Source: Chlorobiota bacterium | GTDB taxonomy: Bacteria > Bacteroidota > Bacteroidia > Flavobacteriales > Flavobacteriaceae | Assembly: GCA_013153605.1 (NCBI GenBank) | Contig: JAADED010000038.1 | Span: 7,968-71,967 of the forward strand | Length of the DNA stretch: 64,000 nucleotides | Direction: 5' to 3' | Shown here: piece by piece, positions 39,738-48,808 of the stretch | How positions within the stretch are numbered: position 1 is the stretch's first letter | Layout: every line of letters begins with the position of its first letter | Program-made: the position numbers and the translations under genes | The notes under the pieces: generated by a model | Told to the model about the DNA's origin: nothing | The model's input: only the letters and a program-made list of their open reading frames with translations | The model's database searches: none

Positions 39738-41087
39738 AACATATTATTACCGTCCTTGCTTTTTGGCTCGCCCTGCCCGCCGTCTTAACGGCCCAACAGC
39801 GATTGAAGGCCGACGGCATAGCCGCCGTGGTGGGTAACGAGGCCGTATTCGTATCCGATATTCAGGCCGCCAAAATCCAGCTCAAAGAGCAAGGATTACT
39901 CGACTCCACTTGGACGGATTGCAAGCTGTTGGAAAATATATTGAAAGAAAAAGTGCTGGTCAACGAGGCCCAACGCGATACGGTCATTGCCAAAACCGTC
40001 ACCCGCGAGGCGGTGCGCGACCAGGCGCGCCAGCAACTTAATTACATCAAAGCCCAAGCCGGCGGATTGGAGGAGGTATTGGAAATGTACGGCAAAAACA
40101 ACGAGGAGGAATTGCTGGAAGAAATCACCGAATTCAACTACAAGCGCGAGCTGGCCAATGCCATGCGCAACAAAATCACCGAAAAGGTGGACGTCACGCC
40201 CGACGAAATACGGCGATTCTACGAATCCATTCCCCCCGATCAATTGCCCGAATTTCCCACCCGGCTGGAATTGCAACAAATCGTCATCCGTCCCAAACCC
40301 GATCCCGCCGAAGAGGAACGCGTCAAAAACCGGCTGGCCGAAATCCGGGAGGCCATTTTGAAGGGCGAAAAGAGCTTCCGCGCCCAGGCCATCCTCTATT
40401 CCGAAGATCCGAGCACCCGCATCAGCGGGGGGCTCATGACGGTGGATAAAAACACACCCCTGGTTCAGGAATTCAAGGACGTGGTCTTCTCCTTGGAAGA
40501 AGGTGAGATTTCGGAACCCTTCCGCACCGAGTTCGGCTGGCACATCGTAATGGTAGAAAAAATCAAGGGCCGCAAGCGGGATATCCGCCACATTTTGTTG
40601 ATTCCCAAAATTACGCGCGAAAACAAAGAAGAAGCGCGGAAAAAACTGGAAGAAATTCGCGAAAAAATCGCCAAGGGAGAGCTTACTTTCGAGGAGGCGG
40701 CCCGCAATTTTTCCGACGACGAGCAAACGGCCAAATTGGGCGGATTGATGGTGGACCCCAACACCAACGAAACCTTGATCGAAGTCACGAGGCTGGAACC
40801 CCAGGTTTATGCCCGCCTCATCGGGTTGGGCGAAGGAGACATGACGTCGGTGGTCGAAGAAACGGACCCCCTGGGGCGACCGGTGTATAAACTTTACCGT
40901 ATCCGCAAAAAGGTGCCCGCCCACAAAGCCGATTTCGTCAAGGACTACGCCCGCATTTCGCAATTGGCGTTGGAAGCCAAAAAGAACCGCATCGTGAACG
41001 AATGGATTGCCGACCGGCTGAAAGAAATTTACGTCCGCATCGATGACGATTACAAAAATTGCGATTTCGAATTAAATTGGACTTCCC

Positions 41088-41095
<8 letters not shown>
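39734..41095 (+). CDS. surA: SurA-like periplasmic chaperone / parvulin PPIase
   Basis: Signal peptide present. Contains two parvulin-like blocks (LQQIVI...GGLM...GWHIVMVE and IRHILL...GGLM...YKLYRI). Confidence 0.75.
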
Positions 41096-42041
<946 letters not shown>

Positions 42042-42106
42042 ACTTTTCATTATCAATTTTTTTGCCCATCCCTCAAAATTTTTGTAAATTCGCGTTTGAA
42101 AATACG

Positions 42107-42129
42107 ATTCACTTATAAGTGAATTTTTT
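42107..42129 (+). terminator. AT-rich perfect palindrome plus T-run; terminator of moxR or an operator site
   Basis: ATTCACTTATAAGTGAAT is a perfect 18-nt palindrome, followed by TTTTT. Confidence 0.4.
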
Positions 42130-42258
42130 CTTGGTTGCGGGGATAATCAGTTGGATAAAAAACTATAAACCTCGTCGGATCCGTCCGAATTCAAATCGAT
42201 TCCTAAAGAAGACCGAAATGGGATGAAAATCTAATTTTTTAAAAAAATTAAATTGAAA

Positions 42259-42696
42259 ATGGGATATTTAAAAAGAGGAAAAAAATACCCTTCTCTTGAA
42301 GAACAACGAAAAAAGATAAGAGAAGTATTCAATCGAGCCGCGGATCCCGAGCTCGAATATTTTACGGACTACAGCATGGGTATTGCCGCGGCGGTGGGTG
42401 AGGAACTCAAACGTCGAGGCCTCACGCAAAAAGATTTGGCTCGCCAATTGAACAAATCGGAATCCGAAATCAGCAAATGGTTGTCGGGCACCCATAATTT
42501 TACCTTACGCTCCATTGCCAAATTGAGTGCGGCGTTGGGTAAAAAATTGATTTTCACCGAAAGTGATGCCAAGAAAACCTTTACTTCCCTTATTGAAATA
42601 TATGTGAATCCCCGGCGAAGGGATTTTGAAAATGTGCCTTATGAACCTCAAACCGGGTTTGAAGAGGCCGGAACAAATCAAAAAATTCCCGCCTGA
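42259..42696 (+). CDS. XRE-family helix-turn-helix protein with N- and C-terminal extensions
   Basis: Central HTH_3 pattern GLTQKDLARQLNKSESEISKWLSGTHNFTLRSIAKLSAALG. ATG at 42259. Its stop overlaps the next ATG (TGATG). Confidence 0.8.
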   Translation: MGYLKRGKKYPSLEEQRKKIREVFNRAADPELEYFTDYSMGIAAAVGEELKRRGLTQKDLARQLNKSESEISKWLSGTHNFTLRSIAKLSAALGKKLIFTESDAKKTFTSLIEIYVNPRRRDFENVPYEPQTGFEEAGTNQKIPA

Positions 42697-43187
42697 TGGC
42701 CCTTAAAAAAGAAAATTATTTTAATCCTTCCGATATTACGGTAGAACGAATTTTAATTATTCGATCCCGCATCGATCAGGAAGAATTTGTCAAAAACATT
42801 CCGCCGGAGGGTCCTCAACCGCCTCCGCTTTTTGCCCTGAAATTGGCTCACAAAACCGGTTTCAATCGAGAGAAACAAGCCGGACGAGTAAGGCTTTTTA
42901 TTTCCGCTTACGGGGCGGACCGAAATAATAAACCCCTTGGAGTAGGAGGCGAATTTATTTTCGACTTCCATTTTAAAATCGAAAATTTTCATCTCTACGA
43001 ACGCGAAAAAGACGGGCATATGCAAATGAGTGCTTTCCTGGGAGCCAATATGATCAGTGTGGCTTACGGAACCGCTCGCGGTTTGGTTTGGAATGCCGTG
43101 GCGCATACTTTTTTGGAAGGCCTGATTCTCCCCGTAATCGACGCGATGGAATTTTTAAAGGAGGGAGAACTGAAAACACAGGACTAA
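42696..43187 (+). CDS. Hypothetical protein, SecB-like chaperone fold suspected
   Basis: I aligned it by eye to E. coli SecB. ITVERILIIRSRID resembles FQIQRIYTKDISFE, and LGANMISVAYGTARGLVWNAVAHTFLEGLILPVIDAMEFL resembles [40 protein letters not shown]. Not verified by any search. Confidence 0.45.
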   Translation: MALKKENYFNPSDITVERILIIRSRIDQEEFVKNIPPEGPQPPPLFALKLAHKTGFNREKQAGRVRLFISAYGADRNNKPLGVGGEFIFDFHFKIENFHLYEREKDGHMQMSAFLGANMISVAYGTARGLVWNAVAHTFLEGLILPVIDAMEFLKEGELKTQD

Positions 43188-43214
43188 ATCCCGTTTTACC
43201 GACCAATTGTTACA

Positions 43215-43246
43215 TAATCCTCTATTGCGGGGGATTAAAATTTTTT
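43215..43246 (+). terminator. Terminator-like hairpin after the two-gene islet
   Basis: 8-bp stem TAATCCTC/GGGGATTA (one G-U pair), 7-nt loop, then AAA followed by TTTTTT. Confidence 0.5.
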
Positions 43247-43256
43247 GTTATCTTTG
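43225..43256 (+). promoter_or_regulatory. Bacteroidota-type promoter for the SPFH operon
   Basis: -33 TTG at 43225-43227, 21-nt spacer, and -7 TATCTTTG at 43249-43256. Confidence 0.5.
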
Positions 43257-43287
43257 TGATGTCAATATGATATCAAAACACTATCAA

Positions 43288-44139
43288 ATGAGCAAAGAAA
43301 AACGTTATCAAGCGATCAACGGCTTTGTCATGCTGGGCGTGGCATTGCTGTTTTTGGCCCTTGCGGTGCTGGGCGCCGTGCGCAATATTCCGCTTTTGGC
43401 GGTATTGGGTGGTATTCTTTTCTTTTTCACCTTGCCGGGATTCGTGGTGGTGAATCCCAACGAGGCGGTGGTGCTTACCCTGTTCGGGAAGTATAAAGGC
43501 ACCATTCTCGACAACGGGTTTTGGTGGGTCAATCCGCTGATGGCCAAGAAAAAAATTTCCTTGCGGGCCCGCAACTTCAACAGCGATACCATCAAGGTGA
43601 ACGACAAAATCGGAAACCCCATCCTCATCGGAGCCGTGGTCGTATGGCGCGTGCGCGATACTTACAAAGCCGCTTTCGAAGTGGACGATTACAACCATTT
43701 CGTGGTGGTACAAACCGATGCGGCCTTGCGCAAGCTGGCGGGCATGTATCCTTATGACGACATCGAAGACGAAGGAGCCCACATCACGCTGAGAGGCGGG
43801 GGCGAAGAAGTGAATCGCCAATTGGAAAAAGAATTGTCCGAACGGCTCAAAATCGCCGGAATCGAAGTATTGGAGGCTCGCATCAATTACCTGGCATACG
43901 CCACCGAAATCGCCGGGTCCATGCTCAAGCGCCAACAAGCCGTGGCCATTATCGCCGCCCGTAAAAAAATCGTGGAAGGAGCGGTAAGCATGGTGCAAAT
44001 GGCCCTGAAAGAACTCACCGAAAACAACGTGGTGGAATTGGACGAAGAACGCAAAGCCCAAATGGTGAGCAACCTCATGGTGGTATTGACTTCGGACAAA
44101 GACGTGACGCCCGTAATCAATACGGGTTCCGTGTATTAA
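43288..44139 (+). CDS. SPFH (band 7 / stomatin-prohibitin) domain membrane protein
   Basis: Two N-terminal TM helices, followed by NPNEAVVLTLFGKYKGT...GFWWVNP...DTIKVNDK.GNPI. Start is at 43288 (or 43267). Confidence 0.8.
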   Translation: MSKEKRYQAINGFVMLGVALLFLALAVLGAVRNIPLLAVLGGILFFFTLPGFVVVNPNEAVVLTLFGKYKGTILDNGFWWVNPLMAKKKISLRARNFNSDTIKVNDKIGNPILIGAVVVWRVRDTYKAAFEVDDYNHFVVVQTDAALRKLAGMYPYDDIEDEGAHITLRGGGEEVNRQLEKELSERLKIAGIEVLEARINYLAYATEIAGSMLKRQQAVAIIAARKKIVEGAVSMVQMALKELTENNVVELDEERKAQMVSNLMVVLTSDKDVTPVINTGSVY

Positions 44140-44151
44140 AAGCGGATAATT

Positions 44152-44331
44152 ATGAAGGAATACAAAGTTTTAAAAATCAAAAAGAGCTTTTTCAAATCCG
44201 ATTTGGACCGAAAAATCCAGGAGGCGTTGGACCGCCATGCCCGCATGGGATGGGAATTGGCCGAAATGTCCCTACACGCGTTGAGTGATACCGTATATTT
44301 GGTGCTTTCCCGCAAATCCGTCAAACACTGA
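44152..44331 (+). CDS. DUF4177-like small protein
   Basis: 59-aa ORF below the track cutoff: MKEYKVLKIKKSFFKSDLDRKIQEALDRHARMGWELAEMS...VYLVLSRK. It fits the recalled DUF4177 pattern (YKV..., L(N/D)..a..GWEL). Confidence 0.6.
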   Translation: MKEYKVLKIKKSFFKSDLDRKIQEALDRHARMGWELAEMSLHALSDTVYLVLSRKSVKH

Positions 44332-44333
44332 TT

Positions 44334-44534
44334 ATGGCCAAAAAAAAGGCCTTTGTATTGCGATTGAACGAGGAGACCTATCGCGCGCTGGAGCGATGGG
44401 CGGCCGATGAATTTCGCAGTGTGAACGGCCAATTGGAATATATCATTCATCAAGCATTGGTCAAAGCGGGCCGATTGAAAAAGGGCGGAAAGACGGATTC
44501 GCCGGGTAAGAAAAAAGAGGACGGCACGGAATGA
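44334..44534 (+). CDS. Ribbon-helix-helix (Arc/MetJ-type) DNA-binding protein
   Basis: The N-terminal strand FVLRL followed by two helices (EETYRALERWAADE, SVNGQLEYIIHQAL) is an RHH pattern. The C-terminal tail is basic and disordered. Confidence 0.65.
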   Translation: MAKKKAFVLRLNEETYRALERWAADEFRSVNGQLEYIIHQALVKAGRLKKGGKTDSPGKKKEDGTE

Positions 44535-44570
44535 TTTTTGCACCTGACGGCGGAAGCATAACGGGAAGGT

Positions 44571-47348
44571 ATGGAAGCCATCGAAATATACGATGCCCAC
44601 GAGCATAACCTCAAGCATATCGACGTCCGCATTCCCCACGGCAAGCTGACGGTGATTACGGGCGTGTCGGGGAGCGGCAAATCCACCTTGGCATACGACA
44701 TATTATATGCCGAGGGACATCGCCGCTATGTGGAGAGCTTGTCCTCTTATGCCCGGCAATTTTTGGGACGTTTGGAAAAACCCAAAGTGGGGCGTATTCT
44801 CCATTTGGCGCCCGCCGTGGCTATCAAACAAAAAACGGTGAGTGCCAATGCCCGATCCACCGTGGGTACGGCCACCGAAATTTACGATTACCTGAAATTG
44901 CTGTTCGCCCGGGTGGGGGAGACTATATCCCCCATCTCGGGGCGACCGGTTCGCAAGGATACCGTGGAAGATGTGGTGCAATTTCTCAAAAGCCGCCCCA
45001 CCGGCTCGCGGTGGATCTTGAGCGTGCGCGTCCCTTTCGGCGACCGCTCGCCTAAGGAAGTGTTGCAAATCCTTAAAAATCAGGATTACAGCCGCATTCT
45101 GGCGAACGGACGCTTGCTCCGTATCGACAGCCTGTTGGAAGGGGACGGTCAAGCCGTGCCCTCGGATTTCGAGCTGGTGGTGGACCGTATCGTGGTGGAA
45201 GACGACCCCTCTTATTTTAAACGAATCATCGAGTCGCTGGAAACCGCCTTTTTTCAGGGACACGGCCGCCTGGCCCTCACCGACTGGGAAACCGGCGAGC
45301 GTCATGAATTTTCCAACCGCTTCGAACTGGACGGCATGGAATTTCCCGAACCCACCGTGCATTTGTTCAGTTTCAATTCCCCTTATGGCGCTTGTCCGGT
45401 ATGCGAGGGATACGGAAGCGTGATCGACATCGACCCTCGCAAGGTGATTCCCGACCCCAATAAATCCGTGTATGAGGGGGCGGTGGCTCCCTGGACGGGC
45501 AAAAAGGCGGGCACATGGCGCGACGATCTGGTGCGCCATGCCCATAAGTTCGATTTTCCCGTACATACGCCCTGGAAAGACCTGACCGAAGAGCAAAAAG
45601 AGCTGGTGTGGGAAGGGAACGCTTACTTCGGCGGTATTCGTGCCTTCTTTCGCAAGCTGGAGCGCAAATCTTACAAGATTCAAAACCGCGTGATGCTGGC
45701 GCGGTACCGGGGAAAGACCGTATGTCCGGCCTGTAAAGGAAAGCGGTTGCGCCCCGAAGCTTATTACGTGAAAGTGGGCGGCAAAGACATCGGCGAGTTG
45801 GTGGACATGCAGGTAAAAGATCTTATTCCCTTTTTCGACGCGTTGCGATTCGATGGCCAAAAAGAGAAAATCGCCCGCCGCTTGCTCAAAGAAATCCGTG
45901 AGCGTCTCCGCTTCCTGGCCGACGTGGGCTTGGATTACCTCACCCTGAACCGGCCCATGAACACCTTGTCGGGGGGCGAAGCCCAGCGGGTGCGGTTGGC
46001 CCTTTCGCTGGGAAGCGGCCTGACGGGCTCGGTATATGTGTTGGACGAGCCCAGTGTGGGATTGCACCCCGCCGATACGCGCAAGCTCATAAGTGTATTG
46101 CATCGCTTGAGGGATGCCGGCAACACCGTGGTAGTGGTGGAACACGACGAAGAAATCATCCGTGCCGCCGACCATATCATCGATTTGGGGCCGCGGGCGG
46201 GCATTTTCGGAGGCGAGGTAGTAGCTTCTGGCGTTTACGACGATCTGATACAATCCGACAGCCTGACGGCCCGCTACTTGCGGGGAGAAGAAAAGCTGGA
46301 GGTTCCTTCCCGCCGCCGCACCCATCCCGACCGGTTGGTGCTCAAAGGCGCCCGGCTTCACAACTTGAAAAATATCGACGTGGAATTTCCCTTGCATACC
46401 CTCACGGTGGTTACGGGCGTGTCGGGAAGCGGTAAATCCAGCCTGGTGGCCGATACCCTCTATCCCGCCTTGCATCGCCTCCTCTTCGGCACGGGACCCG
46501 AGCCGGGGCCTTACGACGAATTGTCGGGAGCTTGGAAAACCTTGGAAAATGTGGAACTCATCGGCCAGGAGCCCGTCGGCCGCTCGAGCCGTTCCAATCC
46601 GGTTACATATCTGAAAATTTACGATGACATCCGCCGCCTGATGGCCGCCCAACCGGCCGCCCGCGTGTTCGGTTTCGAACCTCGCCATTTCTCCTTTAAC
46701 GTACCCGGCGGGCGATGCGAGGCATGTAAAGGCGAAGGGGAAATCACCGAAAAAATGCAATTCATGGCCGACGTGCGCATCACGTGCGACGTGTGCGGCG
46801 GCAAACGCTTCAAAGACGAAGTGCTGGAAGTTACTTTTCAAGGCAAAAACATCCACGACATCCTGGAAATGAGCGTGGACGAGGCGGTGGATTTCTTCGA
46901 CCGCCACGGTCAAAAAGACATTGCCGCCAAGCTGGAAGTTTTGCGCGATACGGGATTGGGATACGTCAAATTGGGACAGCCGGTTTCCACCCTTTCGGGA
47001 GGCGAAGCCCAGCGTCTCAAAATCGCTTCCTACCTGGTTAAAGGGGCTCAAGCCGGACCCACCCTCTTTATATTCGACGAGCCTTCCACCGGCCTTCATT
47101 TCGACGACATCGCCAAATTGCTCCGGGCTTTCGACCGGCTGATCGAAAAAGGCCACAGCATTCTGGTCATCGAGCATCATCCCGACATTGTGGCCGCCGC
47201 CGATTACGTCATCGATTTGGGGCCGGGCGGAGGAGATCAAGGGGGACGGCTCATCTTCAGCGGTACGCCCGAAGAGATGATACGCCACGGCCGATCGGCA
47301 TTCGTGCCCTTTTTGGCATCCAAGCTCGGCGAGCGAGCGGAACAATAA
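44571..47348 (+). CDS. uvrA: UvrA-family ABC ATPase (excinuclease ABC subunit A or paralogue)
   Basis: Two ABC modules (GVSGSGKST twice; LSGGEAQR twice). UvrA Zn modules FSFNSPYGACPVCEGYG...CPACKGKR and GGRCEACKGEG...CDVCGGKR. Confidence 0.88.
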   Translation: MEAIEIYDAHEHNLKHIDVRIPHGKLTVITGVSGSGKSTLAYDILYAEGHRRYVESLSSYARQFLGRLEKPKVGRILHLAPAVAIKQKTVSANARSTVGTATEIYDYLKLLFARVGETISPISGRPVRKDTVEDVVQFLKSRPTGSRWILSVRVPFGDRSPKEVLQILKNQDYSRILANGRLLRIDSLLEGDGQAVPSDFELVVDRIVVEDDPSYFKRIIESLETAFFQGHGRLALTDWETGERHEFSNRFELDGMEFPEPTVHLFSFNSPYGACPVCEGYGSVIDIDPRKVIPDPNKSVYEGAVAPWTGKKAGTWRDDLVRHAHKFDFPVHTPWKDLTEEQKELVWEGNAYFGGIRAFFRKLERKSYKIQNRVMLARYRGKTVCPACKGKRLRPEAYYVKVGGKDIGELVDMQVKDLIPFFDALRFDGQKEKIARRLLKEIRERLRFLADVGLDYLTLNRPMNTLSGGEAQRVRLALSLGSGLTGSVYVLDEPSVGLHPADTRKLISVLHRLRDAGNTVVVVEHDEEIIRAADHIIDLGPRAGIFGGEVVASGVYDDLIQSDSLTARYLRGEEKLEVPSRRRTHPDRLVLKGARLHNLKNIDVEFPLHTLTVVTGVSGSGKSSLVADTLYPALHRLLFGTGPEPGPYDELSGAWKTLENVELIGQEPVGRSSRSNPVTYLKIYDDIRRLMAAQPAARVFGFEPRHFSFNVPGGRCEACKGEGEITEKMQFMADVRITCDVCGGKRFKDEVLEVTFQGKNIHDILEMSVDEAVDFFDRHGQKDIAAKLEVLRDTGLGYVKLGQPVSTLSGGEAQRLKIASYLVKGAQAGPTLFIFDEPSTGLHFDDIAKLLRAFDRLIEKGHSILVIEHHPDIVAAADYVIDLGPGGGDQGGRLIFSGTPEEMIRHGRSAFVPFLASKLGERAEQ

Positions 47349-47357
47349 AAGAGGTTT

Positions 47358-47380
47358 CCGGATTGTTCGGAAAAATCCGG
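47358..47380 (+). terminator. Weak hairpin downstream of uvrA
   Basis: 7-bp stem CCGGATT/AATCCGG with a 9-nt loop. The downstream T-tract is poor. Confidence 0.35.
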
Positions 47381-47579
47381 TGATTTGTTCAAACGAAGAT
47401 CCGAGCCGTTTTATCCGAAAATTTCAGTTCCTCCTTTTGTGGCAACCAAGCCCGAAGAGAATTTCATCGCCTCGGTGAGGAACTCGGATATCGGGGGAAG
47501 GTTCGGATCGCCGCAAATCATACCTTCCCTACGCCCGAGCGTCCGTTCGGTCATTTATTCTCCGTACCCGCGGTTTGTT

Positions 47580-48797
47580 TCAGCGATTTTTAAATTTTTT
47601 ACGAATATCTTTGGGCACGGCATCCTTGTGCACCATGATCATGGTGGTTTTGTAGGCGAAGTAGGGATAGGAGACCAGCAAATAACCGCCCAAGTCGTTG
47701 GATGCGCCCCACGAATTTTTGACGATAAAATATTTGTTGCCTTTTTGATCGCGCGCCAGGCCGATAATGTGCATGCCGTGGTCGTCGGTGGTGGCTTTGG
47801 TTTCGAAGGCTTCCTGGCGCATTTTTTGGGTTACCCGCACTTCTTTGACCGGTTGGAGGAAGGCGTTGGGCACTTTTTGACCTTTGACGGTGAAGTACAG
47901 CGAATCCGATTTGGGTCGGGAAACGGTGCGCGGGTCTTCGGGCATAACGGCCAAGCCGTTGCGATGCGAAAATCCTTTTTCCGACACGTCGCTTCCCCAG
48001 GCGACGGTATATCCTTTTTGAAGGGCATGTTCCGTGATGCGCACCAATTCGTCCACCGGCACGTTGCGGGAAGGAAGCATATGCCAGTTGTCGGGAATTT
48101 CGAGGGGGAACGAAGTATAAAAGGGGTGATGGGTGAACGATGTGTATTCTTCGTAATCTTCGGGATTGATTTTCAAGTATTTGACAAAACTTTTGGGGTT
48201 AAAAGATTTGCCTTTGAAAATAAAGTAATATTCCTCGGGATCGCCGGGCACTTCGCCCAGGTAGGTATCCAACGTGCGGCGGAAGGCGTCGAACCATACG
48301 GGCGTAAGTTTTCCCCCTTGCGGACGTTTGTTCAACGCTTTGAGCATATTGTGAAGCACCGCATGCAATTCGCCGTGGTGGTGTTTGTCGCCTCCGTAGG
48401 CGCGGCCGGGATATGCCTTTTCGGGCACCAATCCCGCGGTGGCGGCGGTCCAGGTCACGTCGTGGAAGAGGGAGCCTTGGCCGAAATTGGTATGCCCGTC
48501 GGTGCGGATATAATTGCGCGCTTTTTCCAAATAGGCATGGCGGGCCACCCACATTTCCGAGAGGTCGGTTTCGGGGCCTCCCTTGCGCATGACTTCGGAT
48601 TCCAGGAACGAGAGTCCCGAAAAACTCCAACACGTACCCGTACGGTGCTGATTTTTGACCGGCGTGGCTTTATTGATTTTGGTGATGACAAACCGATAAG
48701 TGCTTCCTTTGCGATTGGTAATCGTATCGCCTTCTTTCCATTGGGCCCGCATGGAAGTGAGGGAAATCATTATAAAAAAGAAGAATAATTTTTTCAT
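47580..48797 (-). CDS. pepC: Peptidase C1 family aminopeptidase (bleomycin hydrolase / PepC-like), secreted
   Basis: Signal peptide present. Papain-type catalytic Cys block VKNQHRTGTCWSFSG. A downstream block DDHGMHIIG may carry the catalytic His (assignment not verified). Confidence 0.8.
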   Translation of the reverse strand: MKKLFFFFIMISLTSMRAQWKEGDTITNRKGSTYRFVITKINKATPVKNQHRTGTCWSFSGLSFLESEVMRKGGPETDLSEMWVARHAYLEKARNYIRTDGHTNFGQGSLFHDVTWTAATAGLVPEKAYPGRAYGGDKHHHGELHAVLHNMLKALNKRPQGGKLTPVWFDAFRRTLDTYLGEVPGDPEEYYFIFKGKSFNPKSFVKYLKINPEDYEEYTSFTHHPFYTSFPLEIPDNWHMLPSRNVPVDELVRITEHALQKGYTVAWGSDVSEKGFSHRNGLAVMPEDPRTVSRPKSDSLYFTVKGQKVPNAFLQPVKEVRVTQKMRQEAFETKATTDDHGMHIIGLARDQKGNKYFIVKNSWGASNDLGGYLLVSYPYFAYKTTMIMVHKDAVPKDIRKKFKNR

Positions 48798-48808
48798 ACG
48801 TATGAGGT

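Noticed and set aside
42131-42226. 31-codon TTG-initiated ORF upstream of the XRE gene, considered as a decayed toxin gene
   Set aside because: It is too short, has a non-ATG start and shows no RelE/HigB-like features that I can see. It cannot be distinguished from chance in AT-rich DNA.
44703-47345. 880-codon open reading frame antisense to uvrA
   Set aside because: It is in exact codon register with the sense gene, so its lack of stops only means uvrA uses no TTA, CTA or TCA codons over 880 codons. The translation is low-complexity (G/H/R/A-rich) with no motifs. It is a shadow ORF caused by codon bias.
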